Source: Candidatus Aldehydirespirator sp.
GTDB lineage: Bacteria > Actinomycetota > Acidimicrobiia > Acidimicrobiales > Aldehydirespiratoraceae
Reading direction: 5' to 3'
Length of the DNA: 64,000 nt
Assembly (NCBI GenBank): GCA_965204875.1
Contig: OZ242020.1
Coordinates: forward strand, 104,992 to 168,991
Shown piece by piece: positions 1 to 11,672 of the stretch. A program made the position numbers and the translations under genes. Each line of letters starts with the position of its first letter. Position 1 is the stretch's first letter. A model generated the notes under the pieces. It saw nothing but the letters and a program-made list of their open reading frames with translations. It did no database searches and was not told the DNA's origin.

Positions 1-2
1 TA

Positions 3-491
3 CCTCGAGCCGAGTTGACACCTCTCGCATACCGGCACATAGAGAACTCAGACGATACACTTGCTGTGGCGCTGCGTTCTATCCCAACGAACTTCAAAAA
101 GGTTGAGCTAGTTGAGAGTCACCTACGTAAGGGCAATCGACTGGTTCTGACTAACAGCAGCGACCTAGCCGCTCAAAACCGCCTGTTAAATGTTATTCAT
201 GACCCAGCAACGGCTCTGAATCAAATCAAGATATACGTAACGGAGTCACTTCGAAGACTGTACAATCAACGTAACCTAGTTTCCCATTCTGGCTCACTTC
301 GGTCGAGATCGCTGAGCGTCACTGCAAGAACCGCCTTAAGCCTCGTGGGAGCCGGACTAGACCGTATTGTCCATGCTCAGCTAGAAACAGCTGGACAACT
401 CACACCTCTAAGTCTCGTTGCTCGGGCAGAGAACGAACTTGATCTTCTCGGAACTCCAGGCGGTCGATCACTCAGTTCGCTGCTTGAGTAG
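3..491 (+). CDS. C-terminal part of a hypothetical protein; the 5' end lies outside the window
   Basis: The reading frame is open back to the left window edge, upstream of the listed TTG at 15. GC is clearly lower (about 50% by eye) than in the rest of the window. I recognise no motif. Confidence 0.4.
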   Translation, partial: PRAELTPLAYRHIENSDDTLAVALRSIPTNFKKVELVESHLRKGNRLVLTNSSDLAAQNRLLNVIHDPATALNQIKIYVTESLRRLYNQRNLVSHSGSLRSRSLSVTARTALSLVGAGLDRIVHAQLETAGQLTPLSLVARAENELDLLGTPGGRSLSSLLE

Positions 492-705
492 ACAAGCAAT
501 ACCGAGAGACCTCCTACGCTGTGAACAGCACACGAACTTAGTCTCACGCGCCCCGAACGCGTACACGCGTACGCTCCCACTGCCGCTCACGCTCCCGATG
601 CAGATGCTCCACGCTGACACGGCTACCTCCTAGACGAGATGACCGGCCAACGGGTCAAGGCCGCCACCCACCCGCGTAGCGCTGCGGGGCCGATACGGTT
701 GCGCC

Positions 706-1476
706 ATGGTCTTCTGGGTAAGCGCCGTCGTGATCGCCGTGTTGATGCTGGCGGTGTGGGCCATCAGCGCGGCCATCCGCAATGCCGGCATCGTCGACAT
801 CTTCTGGGGCTTCGGATTCGTGGCCGTGGCCTGGGCGGGTTGGCTGGTCACTGGCGGCAACGCCGCGAGGGCGGGGCTGCTGGTCGCCATGGCGACGGTG
901 TGGGGATTGCGCCTGACCATCCACCTGGCGGTGCGCAACTTGGGCAAGGAGGAGGACTTCCGCTACCAGGCCATGCGCCAGCGGGGAGGTGACAGGTTCT
1001 GGATCACCAGCCTGGTGCGTGTCTTCGCTCTGCAGGGCGCGGTCATGTGGGTCGTGTCGCTGCCCCTCCAGCTCGGCATCAGCGAGACGGAGCGGGGCTG
1101 GGTCGTGCTGTGGGTCGTGGGAGCGGTGGTGTTCCTGGTGGGCTTCGGGTTCGAGGCCATCGGCGACTGGCAACTCACCCGTTTCAAGGCCGATCCCGCC
1201 AACGCCGGCAAGGTGATGGACCGGGGTTTGTGGCGCTACACCCGCCACCCCAACTACTTCGGCGACGCCACCGCCTGGTGGGGTATCGGCTTGGTGGCGG
1301 CCTCAACGCCGATCGGGATCGTGGGCCTGATCGCCCCGGTGATCATGACCTTGTTGTTGATGAGGGTGTCGGGGGTACCGCTGCTTGAGCGCAGCCTCAG
1401 AAAGAACCGCCCGGAATACAGAAAGTACATCGAGCGAACCAGCCCCTTCATACCCCGCCGCCCCAAACCGCTCTAG
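706..1476 (+). CDS. DUF1295 / steroid-5-alpha-reductase-like integral membrane protein
   Basis: The translation is multi-TM. The C-terminal RHPNYFGD...WWG motif is typical of the DUF1295/ICMT-fold family. Confidence 0.8.
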   Translation: MVFWVSAVVIAVLMLAVWAISAAIRNAGIVDIFWGFGFVAVAWAGWLVTGGNAARAGLLVAMATVWGLRLTIHLAVRNLGKEEDFRYQAMRQRGGDRFWITSLVRVFALQGAVMWVVSLPLQLGISETERGWVVLWVVGAVVFLVGFGFEAIGDWQLTRFKADPANAGKVMDRGLWRYTRHPNYFGDATAWWGIGLVAASTPIGIVGLIAPVIMTLLLMRVSGVPLLERSLRKNRPEYRKYIERTSPFIPRRPKPL

Positions 1477-1581
1477 ACGCACAAAGGAGTGCGGGGCGAC
1501 GCGCCAAGGCCCCCGAATCGCTCTGGTCCTGGGAGGGCTTGGCAGCATTGCAGGGCGGCGCAGCGGGGGTGCGGCCATGCG

Positions 1582-2151
1582 TCAGTGAGGCGAGATGTCC
1601 AGCGGTGGGCTGGCGAGGTCGCCCGCCACCACCGCCGGAAGGAACTCGCGCAGGCGGGCCGGCACGGTCGGCTCGCCGTTGGCCAGCAGGTCGTCGAGCG
1701 CCCACCAGCCGGCCTCAAGAAACGCCGCTGCCTCCAAGGCCTCCAGCCCGCGCGGCCGGAAGTCGCCGCCGTCGCACCAAGCCACATGTATGCGCTCGTC
1801 GGACTCGAACCGGATGCCCGAGAACGTGTACTCCACATACTGGGTCCACACGCACGGGCCCATACGGACATCGGTGATGCCGGTCTCCTCGTACAGCTCC
1901 CGCAGGCAGGTCGCTGCCGAGTCCTCGCCATAGCCGATCCCACCGCCGGGAATCTCCAGCCACTCCGGCTTGTGCGGATCGATCGGATCCTCCGAGCGGA
2001 TCAGGAACACCCGCCCGGCACCGTCGAGCAGCACGCAACGCGCAGCAGGCCGCCGGATCACAAACGACACGGAACCACGACCGCCAATCGCCGCGAGGTC
2101 AGGTCGGCCAGCACCCCAAGAAGGTAGCGCCCCGACCCGCTCAGACCTCAC
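1582..2151 (-). CDS. NUDIX hydrolase
   Basis: Nudix box GGGIGYGEDSAATCLRELYEETGI matches GX5EX7REUXEEXGU. The start codon is uncertain. Confidence 0.85.
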   Translation of the reverse strand: MRSERVGALPSWGAGRPDLAAIGGRGSVSFVIRRPAARCVLLDGAGRVFLIRSEDPIDPHKPEWLEIPGGGIGYGEDSAATCLRELYEETGITDVRMGPCVWTQYVEYTFSGIRFESDERIHVAWCDGGDFRPRGLEALEAAAFLEAGWWALDDLLANGEPTVPARLREFLPAVVAGDLASPPLDISPH

Positions 2152-2189
2152 TTACCCATCTACTCTCAATCCACTCTGCTCGCGTGCAA

Positions 2190-2783
2190 TCAAATCGGTT
2201 CGACAGTTATCTGCCATTCCGTAGATGGGTCACTTTGGACCTCGAACCAAATCTCACCAGGAGCCAGCCCGAAAAGCCCAACCCCGACATCCAATATCGA
2301 TGTCCACGAACCCGAAGAATCAATCTCATTGACCAACAGTTCCACTACCCCGGCCGAGTCCGACGCAATAACCGCAATATTCGACTGACTGGAACCCTCG
2401 AACACCATCGCAACCCGCCAACGACCCTCACCAAGAACACCAGCACCAGCCACATCCTGACCACTACCCTCCAGGATCACAGGCTCAGGCGGAAGCGTAG
2501 TTGTGGTCGTAGTGGTCGTCGTCGTTGTTGTTGTCGTGGTTGTAGTAGCCATCGTGGTGGTGGTGGTGGTGGTAGTAGTAGTAGTAGGTGCGACTTGCGG
2601 TTCTGTCTCTGGATCCGTCGGCGTTTCTGGAGCTAGCGAAGGCTCCAAAGTTGCTGGCGCAGCGACGGTCGTAGTGGGAGCCGCGGAATCTGACGATTCA
2701 TCGTCGGACACGAGCGCACCGACTATTCCGATCACGACAAAGCAACCAATAGCGATGAGGATGATCTTGAGCGGGCGTGGCAT
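2190..2783 (-). CDS. Membrane-anchored or secreted protein with a long poly-Thr linker
   Basis: An N-terminal TM/signal segment (IILIAIGCFVVIGIVGALV) is followed by an acidic/Pro region, a run of about 35 Thr, and a C-terminal domain of about 100 aa with unknown function. Confidence 0.6.
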   Translation of the reverse strand: MPRPLKIILIAIGCFVVIGIVGALVSDDESSDSAAPTTTVAAPATLEPSLAPETPTDPETEPQVAPTTTTTTTTTTTMATTTTTTTTTTTTTTTTTLPPEPVILEGSGQDVAGAGVLGEGRWRVAMVFEGSSQSNIAVIASDSAGVVELLVNEIDSSGSWTSILDVGVGLFGLAPGEIWFEVQSDPSTEWQITVEPI

Positions 2784-3258
2784 GGTGGCTCCCTTCGGGG
2801 GTTATGGCGTCGTTTGCCGTTCAACACCGAAATCCAGCCACGAAGGGAGCCATGACGACCCAAAACCCCCGTAGGTGGTGGATGTGCAGGAGCCTCGGCA
2901 GATGCCCCCGGTGTTGAACGGCAACGAGCACCATAGCAGCGCGACGGAAACGCCGCGCGCTGAGAACCTCCGGTGATGCGGGGCACGATCAGTCCGGGCG
3001 CACCATTGACACGTCTTGGAAGCAGTGGCGCAGTGAGCACCTTCCCGAGCCAATGCGGCTCTCGCGTTCGGCGTCGGGGGGTGGGGGCGGGGACGGGTGG
3101 GTGGACTCCGCCGATGGTTGCAGTTGGCCGGTCGCGACGGTCGGGTGTTGAGCCGGCACCCAGGGGGACTCGTTGGCCCGCAACCACCATATTAGAGTTA
3201 TGGTGAAAATGTGCGGGAGGGGTTGTGAAATGTCACAAAGGTATGGCATACTACTATT

Positions 3259-4980
3259 GTGCTGATCAAGACCGCCCGCCGGGCTGAAGCCGAGGTCAAA
3301 GCCCTGGTCGCAATGACCAACCGCAACGGCTTCGACACTGCCGAACTGCGTGAGGCGCTGGCGGTGTCTAGAGCTATCAAGGCGGCGCTGTCAGCGTTCC
3401 AGACCAACGCCGCGTTGATCGTCTCTAGGACCGAGCGTCACGGTGACGGCGGCGCCGGGGTGCTCGCTGAGACCGCCGGGTTGTCGCGGCGTGACGCTCA
3501 CGAGCGGGTCCGGGCTGCTGAGACGATCGCGGCGACACCATCGATACGCGACGCGGTCGAGTCCGGTCGGGTGACCGAGGCCAACGCGCGGCGGTTGGCC
3601 GAAGCCGTGAACAGGACGAGCGCTGAGGCTGTGGAGGCCGATGGCGGGTTGCTGACTAAAGCGGAGACGCTGCGGCCTGAGGACTTCGCGAGAGAGTCCC
3701 GGCGTTGGACTGCGGACCGTCAAGATGATGGCGGTGAGCGCGAGTATCAGCGGCTGCGCGCCAAGCGCAGCCTGCACATCTGGGACGCCGACGACGGCAC
3801 GGTGCAGATGCACGGCGTGTTCGATCCGGTGACCGGCAAACGCATCGGCAAACGGCTGCGCGCCGAGGCAGGACGAATGTACGACGCCGACAAGAAGGCA
3901 GCCACCCGCGGCGGCGAGCTTGGCGAACTGCCCGACGCTGCGCGGCGCACCTTCAAACAGTGCATGGCCGACGCCCTCGACAACCACACCTCACACACCC
4001 TCTCGGCCACCGGCAGGGGCCGGGCCACTGACCAACCCGCAGGCACCGGACCGAGGGCAGGCCATCTGGGGGACTCGACCACAGGCACAGGTCCCGACCG
4101 CGGCGCGGACGCAACCACGAGCAGAGTCCCGCGCACAGGCGCAAACCCGGGCAAAACCTTGACACGGGACACCAGCACCGGACGTGACAGTGGCACCAGC
4201 GCAGGTCCGCTCACCAACCGGAACCCCAACACAAGCCCGGCTTCAGCCAGTGACACAGACACCAGCAAGTGCACGGGCGGGTGTGCCGTGCAACCTGGGG
4301 ACTCGGCCGCGGGCACGGGGTCCGGCGCAGGCCAACCTGGAGGCCCGAGTGTGAGCCGGTCGTTCGCGGACATCAGCGTCATCGCGCACGTCGACCGTGC
4401 CACCGGCAATCTGATCGCGGAACTCCCTGACGGTGCGCGGCTGCCCGCGGCGGTGCTTGAGGAACTGGCCTGCAACGCAAGGCTCACCGGCCTCGTCTAT
4501 GACACTGCGGGCACGCCCATCTGGCGGGCCAAATCCTCACGCACCGCCACCGAGGGTCAGCGGCAATCACTGCTCAACCGCTGGGGCGGCTGCTTCCACT
4601 GCGCCGCCGACCCCGACATGTGCCAGATACATCACATCGTGCCCGTCTCAGCGGGCGGAGCCACCAAGATCGACAACATGGTCCCCGTCTGCTGGGACTG
4701 CCACAACAACATCCACCACCACCACTGGCAGATCCGCAAACACCCCGACGGGCACCACAGCCTCCACCCGCCCAAGAGCACCCACCACGGGCCCGCGCGC
4801 GCCCCGGAACGACCACGGCTGTTCACGCAGGACGGCCCCGAAGCCCTCTCAGCGGAGACACAAAGAGCGGCTGCCCCGGCATCGGATCAGCGCCCCCGCG
4901 CCGGACCCAGCGGACCAGCAACCGCACGAGCCGCTCTCCACCCAAGGGCCGTGACAACAACATCGCGAACCGACAGCTAG
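3259..4980 (+). CDS. DUF222 / HNH endonuclease (13E12-repeat-like family)
   Basis: C-terminal HNH motif CFHCAADPDMCQIHHIVPVSAGGATKIDNMVPVCWDCHNNIHH. The long N-terminal region resembles actinobacterial DUF222-HNH proteins. The central segment is disordered and rich in Thr, Gly and Pro. Confidence 0.8.
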   Translation: MLIKTARRAEAEVKALVAMTNRNGFDTAELREALAVSRAIKAALSAFQTNAALIVSRTERHGDGGAGVLAETAGLSRRDAHERVRAAETIAATPSIRDAVESGRVTEANARRLAEAVNRTSAEAVEADGGLLTKAETLRPEDFARESRRWTADRQDDGGEREYQRLRAKRSLHIWDADDGTVQMHGVFDPVTGKRIGKRLRAEAGRMYDADKKAATRGGELGELPDAARRTFKQCMADALDNHTSHTLSATGRGRATDQPAGTGPRAGHLGDSTTGTGPDRGADATTSRVPRTGANPGKTLTRDTSTGRDSGTSAGPLTNRNPNTSPASASDTDTSKCTGGCAVQPGDSAAGTGSGAGQPGGPSVSRSFADISVIAHVDRATGNLIAELPDGARLPAAVLEELACNARLTGLVYDTAGTPIWRAKSSRTATEGQRQSLLNRWGGCFHCAADPDMCQIHHIVPVSAGGATKIDNMVPVCWDCHNNIHHHHWQIRKHPDGHHSLHPPKSTHHGPARAPERPRLFTQDGPEALSAETQRAAAPASDQRPRAGPSGPATARAALHPRAVTTTSRTDS

Positions 4981-5078
4981 AGAGTGGGCGGCGGCGGTCG
5001 ATCTCGCCGGTGCCCCCACACGACAACTGCTGCGGGCGAGCGGGTCCTGTGGGCTTGATCGGCCTCTAGGTTGATCCG

Positions 5079-6886
<1,808 letters not shown>

Positions 6887-6890
<4 letters not shown>

Positions 6891-8836
6891 TGTTCAACTC
6901 ACCGGCGGGAATGCGAACCGGGCCGACGTCGGTGCAGTCCGCCGCCCAGGCCGGCCTGCCCCATGCGGACGTGCCCGGCGAGCTGAGGGCGAGAGTGCAG
7001 CGGGTGCTGGCAGGGGAGCCCGAGCATCCCGATCCGGTCGTCGAGTGGAGCCACGAGACCGACGAGACCGCCGGCCCGTTCGGGCTGCGCAGCTACCTCT
7101 GGCCCCATCGCCGCAGGCTCGCCGCCGCCCTGATGCTGGTGATCATCGAGACGGTCGCCGTGCAGATGGGCCCGGTGCTCACCCAGATCGGGGTGGACGA
7201 CGGCATCGGCGCAGGCGACCGGGGAGTGCTGCTGACCGCGGCCCTCGCCTACGTGTGCCTGCAGGCGCTGGCGGCGGCGGTCGGCGCGGGCCGCATCGCC
7301 CTCACCGGCCGCCTGGGCGAGGAACTGCTGGAGCGCCTGCGCATCCGCACGTTCGGGCACATGCAGCGCCAGGGCATGGACTTCTACACCGGCGAGCGGG
7401 CCGGGGTGCTGCTGACACGCATGACCTCCGACATCGAGGCTCTGTCGGTGCTGTTCCAGGAGGGCGTCATCAACTTCGCGCTGCAGGCCGCGACCCTGGT
7501 CGTGATCACGGTGCTGCTGTTCAACTACGACCCGCTGCTCGCGGTCGTCACCCTCGCGGCCGCGGTGCCGGCGACCGTGGCGGCGTCGCTCTGGTTCAGG
7601 CGCCGCGCCGCGGCCGACTACCTCGACGTGCGCCACCGCATCGGCGAGCTGCTGAGCCATCTGCAGGAGTCGCTCGCTGGCATCAGGGTGATCACGGCCC
7701 ACGGCCGGCGAGCCGCCAGCGTCGCCGAGCACCGCTCCGCCGTGCTCGCCCACCGCGACGCCAACCTGCGGGCCTGGCGGGCCAACGCCCTGTACGGCCC
7801 CGGCAGCGAGGCCATAGGGATCGCTACCCAGGCCGTGCTGCTCGCGGTCGGCGGGGCCATGGCCGCGAGCGGCCGGATCACCGTCGGCGAGCTCGCCGCC
7901 TACCTGCTGTTCCTAACCGCCTTCTTCGCCCCGGTGCAGGCGCTCGTGCAGCTCTACAACTCCTACCAGCAGGCCGGCGCCGCCGTCGCCAAGCTGCGCG
8001 AGCTCTTCGAGACCGAGCCGAGCGTGAGGGAGCGGCCCGGCGCGGTCGAGCTGGGCGCCGTGCGCGGCGAGATCGTCTTCGACGACGTGTGCTTCGCCTA
8101 CCGCGGGGCGCCGCAGGTTCTTCACGGGGTGAGCCTGCGCGTCTCGCCGGGTGAGACGGTGGCGCTCGTGGGCGAGACCGGCGCCGGCAAGTCGACCGTG
8201 GCCCGGCTCATCGCCCGGCTCTACGACCCGACGGGGGGGTCGATCCGCCTCGACGGCCACGACCTGCGCGATGTGACGCTCACAAGCCTCAGATCCCAGA
8301 TAGGGGTCGTGCCCCAGGAGCCGTTCCTGTTCGCGGGCACGGTGCGCGACAACGTGGGCTTCGCCCGCCCGGGCGCCGGCGACGCCGAGCTGGCGGAGGC
8401 TCTGCATGCGGTCGGGATCCAAGACGTCGTGGAGAGGCTCGGCGGCCTCGACGGGATCGTTCACGAGCGGGGCTCGACGCTGTCGGCCGGCGAGCGGCAG
8501 CTGCTGGCGTTGGCGCGCACGTTCGTGTCCCGGCCGCGGGTGCTGGTGCTGGACGAGGCCACGAGCAACCTGGACCTTCGCTCGGAGGCACAGATCGAGG
8601 TGGCGCTGGATGCGCTTTTGAGCGGCCGCACCGCGGTGATCGTGGCGCACCGCCTGAGCACGGCGCGCCGCGCCGACCGCATAGTGGTGATGCGCGAAGG
8701 CCGGATCGTCGAAGTCGGCAGCCATGAGGATCTGCTGGCCGCCGGCGGGCGCTATGCGACGATGTTCGAGACCTGGGACAGCCACACTCAAGGCTCCAGA
8801 ACGGCCGACTCCACCACAGGCAGCGATCCGCAATGA
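6887..8836 (+). CDS. ABC exporter, fused permease and ATPase (half transporter 2)
   Basis: The start GTG/ATG at 6887/6890 overlaps the upstream stop (GTGATG). Walker A GETGAGKST, signature LSAGERQLLALART, Walker B VLVLDEATSNLD. The listed ORF 5993..8836 is an out-of-frame upstream extension. Confidence 0.9.
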
Positions 8837-9654
8837 GCACACCCGACCCGAACCGTGCGCCTGATGCGGGCGACGCCGTGATAGCCCTGCGCGGGGTGCG
8901 CCGCAGGATCGAGGGCACCGAGGTGCTGCGCGGCATCGACTGGGAGGTGCGCTCAGGTCAGCGCTGGGTCGTCCTCGGACCCAACGGCTCCGGCAAGACC
9001 ACCCTGGTGCGGATCGCGTCGATGTGGGAGCACCCCTCGCAGGGAGCGGTGGAGGTGCTGGGCGAGCGGCTGGGGCATACCGACGTGCGCCGCCTGCGAG
9101 CCCGGGTGGGCTTCAGCAGCGCCGCCATGGCCGATCTGCTCCGACCGGCGCTCACCGCCGTCGAGGTCGTGATGACCGCGAAGCACGCCGCGCTGGAGCC
9201 GTGGTGGCACAGCTACGAGGACATCGACCGCCGGCAGGCCCGGCAGGCCCTCGAGCGGGTCGGGTGCGCCCACCGGGCGGGCAACCGGTTCGGGACGCTC
9301 TCCTCGGGCGAGAGGCAGCGGGTGCTGCTGGCTCGGTCGCTGCTGACCGACCCTGGGGTGATCATCCTGGACGAGCCCAACGCCGGACTCGACCTCGCGG
9401 GCCGCGAGGAGCTGATCATCACGCTGCGAGACCTCGCGCTGGATGCGGCCACTCCCCCGCTGGTGCTCGTCACCCACCACGCTGACGAGATCCCCGACGG
9501 GTTCACGCACGCACTGCTGCTGCGGGCGGGCAAGGTGCTGGCCGCCGGGCCCATCGGCGACACCCTCACAAGCGCCAACCTCTCGGCCTGCTTCGGGCTG
9601 GACCTGGTGCTGGAACGCCGCCACGGACGCTGGTCAGCCCGAGCCACCGCCTAG
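8833..9654 (+). CDS. Stand-alone ABC transporter ATP-binding protein
   Basis: ATGA overlap with the upstream gene. Walker A GPNGSGKTT, signature LSSGERQRVLLARSL, Walker B IILDEPNAGLD. Confidence 0.85.
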   Translation: MSTPDPNRAPDAGDAVIALRGVRRRIEGTEVLRGIDWEVRSGQRWVVLGPNGSGKTTLVRIASMWEHPSQGAVEVLGERLGHTDVRRLRARVGFSSAAMADLLRPALTAVEVVMTAKHAALEPWWHSYEDIDRRQARQALERVGCAHRAGNRFGTLSSGERQRVLLARSLLTDPGVIILDEPNAGLDLAGREELIITLRDLALDAATPPLVLVTHHADEIPDGFTHALLLRAGKVLAAGPIGDTLTSANLSACFGLDLVLERRHGRWSARATA

Positions 9655-9786
9655 CACACTTCCGAAACACTGACCACACGGCGCTAACGCACCTGCAACT
9701 CGGAGGCTCCCGCCAGCGTTAATGCCCTCTTCAGTCGGACTGTGCCTCAAACTGCTCCGACGTCCAGCGCGGTGGTCTGGCTGGAG

Positions 9787-11454
9787 TCATGCTGCGGCCG
9801 CCTCGAGCATTGCGAGGTCCGGCACCGGGATTCGGGCCATCTCGGACGGCTCGAACTTGACGAGCCCGCCTGCGTAGGTGCGTCCGACCGCGTTCGGCGC
9901 CGCCGCGCGTAAGGCAGCAGCGAGAGCGTCAATAGCCGGTCCCGTCATCGGCTCCCGTGGATAGATGCCGTGAGCCACGTTCACGTGCCGCACGGCGGCC
10001 CGGTTGCGAACGAACGCCGGCGGGCGGCGGGCCATGTAGGTGGCAAGAATCGGCGCAGGCTCCCGCAGCCGCACCGACCACCAAGGGTTCCTTTTGCGGG
10101 CGACGTAGCCCACTGGAACGCCACGATGCGTCGCCAAACGCAGGAACCGGTCGATGCGGGCCCTGTCATCAGCGTCGAACACGTCAAGATCTGCGGGCAG
10201 GTCGATCACGGCTCGCAGACCCTGGACTCCTCCCACCAGTGCGTTGCCGGCGCCGAACAACTCGCGGGCGCGTGTGATCGCCGGGAACAGCACGCCGCAC
10301 GGCAGCGACGGGTCCCCAGCATCGGTTATCCAGGTCTTGTTGGCGCCGGTCACCGCCCCACGATGCACTCGGCAGAGCTCACCGAGTTCGACATGTCCCG
10401 CCGGCGGCCGGGGTGATCGCTGGAGCAGAGTCGACCATCGCGGGGCGGCACGCACCTCCTCGCGATCAAACCGACGACCGCCATCCAACGCACCCAGCGC
10501 GGCAGTCCCGGGAACGCGCCTCATGCGGATCGAGGTCGTAGATGTGCCTACCTCGAAGCAGGTCACCGCGGCGGTCGTGGCGGCATCGCTGAAGGGTGTC
10601 GCGGAGGGATCGACCACATGCACTGACACCCCGCCCAGCCTGGTGGACACGAGTTCGCGCAACAGGCGTCCGTAGTTCACGTCGAGCCATTCGGACGATG
10701 TCACCAGCGATCCGACATCGCCCGGACGCGCATGCAGTGCAGTGGCCACAAAGAAGTAGGCGTGCAGGCCGGCAAGGCCGTTGGCACGCAGACCGAGACG
10801 TGACGCGCTCGCAGCCAGCCACCGCTTGCCTGATTGTCCGATCTGATGGTGCCGGACATAGGGAGGATTACCAAGATAAGCAGTCATGCCTGCCATAGTG
10901 CCTAGATCGGCTTCAAGATAATCTTCGACGACGATGCGCGCTCGTCCGTCAAATCCGGCCGCTGTCAGGTTGGCCCGGGCCACCAGGGCTGCTAGAGGAT
11001 CGACCTCGACACCCACGAGCGACGCTGCCGGGAAGGCCCGGCCCGCGGCCAGCAAGAAGCGAGCAGAGCCGGTCCCCGGATCAACGACGCGCAAGGGCCG
11101 GCCGCGTCCGGTCGCCCAAGCCACCATCGAGGACACGATCTCTGGAGGCGTGTAGACCGCGCCCAGCAGGCGGCGACGTTCAGGCTGCCTGACCCGAACG
11201 AACGCCTCGCCGAGCGGGTCGCCACCCCGACGCACCAGGTCGATCAGTTCATCGACCGCAACACCGGGATCGATCCGCCCGATCCCGCTGACCAGCCCCG
11301 ACTCCGGTCCCGAGAGGTTGGCAAGGCGACCGGACGCGGCGACTGCCCATGCTGCTGCGGCGATGTGCGCTTCGGTGGACAGACAGCGCTCAACCGTCGA
11401 GTCGTCGAGCCGCGCCTCGGTGGTGGTCAGGGTCATCTGAGTGAAGTGTGGCAT
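9787..11454 (-). CDS. N6-adenine DNA methyltransferase (gamma-class, Eco57I/TaqI-like) with no adjacent nuclease
   Basis: Motif order AVYTPPEIV, then motif I VVDPGTGSARFL, then motif IV GNPPYV. A long C-terminal domain resembles a target-recognition domain. Confidence 0.8.
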   Translation of the reverse strand: MPHFTQMTLTTTEARLDDSTVERCLSTEAHIAAAAWAVAASGRLANLSGPESGLVSGIGRIDPGVAVDELIDLVRRGGDPLGEAFVRVRQPERRRLLGAVYTPPEIVSSMVAWATGRGRPLRVVDPGTGSARFLLAAGRAFPAASLVGVEVDPLAALVARANLTAAGFDGRARIVVEDYLEADLGTMAGMTAYLGNPPYVRHHQIGQSGKRWLAASASRLGLRANGLAGLHAYFFVATALHARPGDVGSLVTSSEWLDVNYGRLLRELVSTRLGGVSVHVVDPSATPFSDAATTAAVTCFEVGTSTTSIRMRRVPGTAALGALDGGRRFDREEVRAAPRWSTLLQRSPRPPAGHVELGELCRVHRGAVTGANKTWITDAGDPSLPCGVLFPAITRARELFGAGNALVGGVQGLRAVIDLPADLDVFDADDRARIDRFLRLATHRGVPVGYVARKRNPWWSVRLREPAPILATYMARRPPAFVRNRAAVRHVNVAHGIYPREPMTGPAIDALAAALRAAAPNAVGRTYAGGLVKFEPSEMARIPVPDLAMLEAAAA

Positions 11455-11672
11455 CGCCCCGATCCGTTCGCTGGGATGGTGTCCCCCGCCGCGGCCGATG
11501 GTGAATGCATCTGCGGGAACTGTGCCTGCGCGTGCCGCTCGGGGTTACCGCAGGCACACGAGAAGCATGGCTTGGGGTTGTGACAGCTGGCGGCGCCCTG
11601 CGCGGCCGGCTCAAGGCTGGTCTGGTAAGTGATCCTGCCTGCTGGGCGCGGTTGACAGTCCCGTGCGCCGGA

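Noticed and set aside
3223-3238. Bona fide CRP/FNR binding site
   Set aside because: The half-sites fit, but the spacer is 4 nt rather than the canonical 6. It is therefore reported only as an unassigned palindrome.
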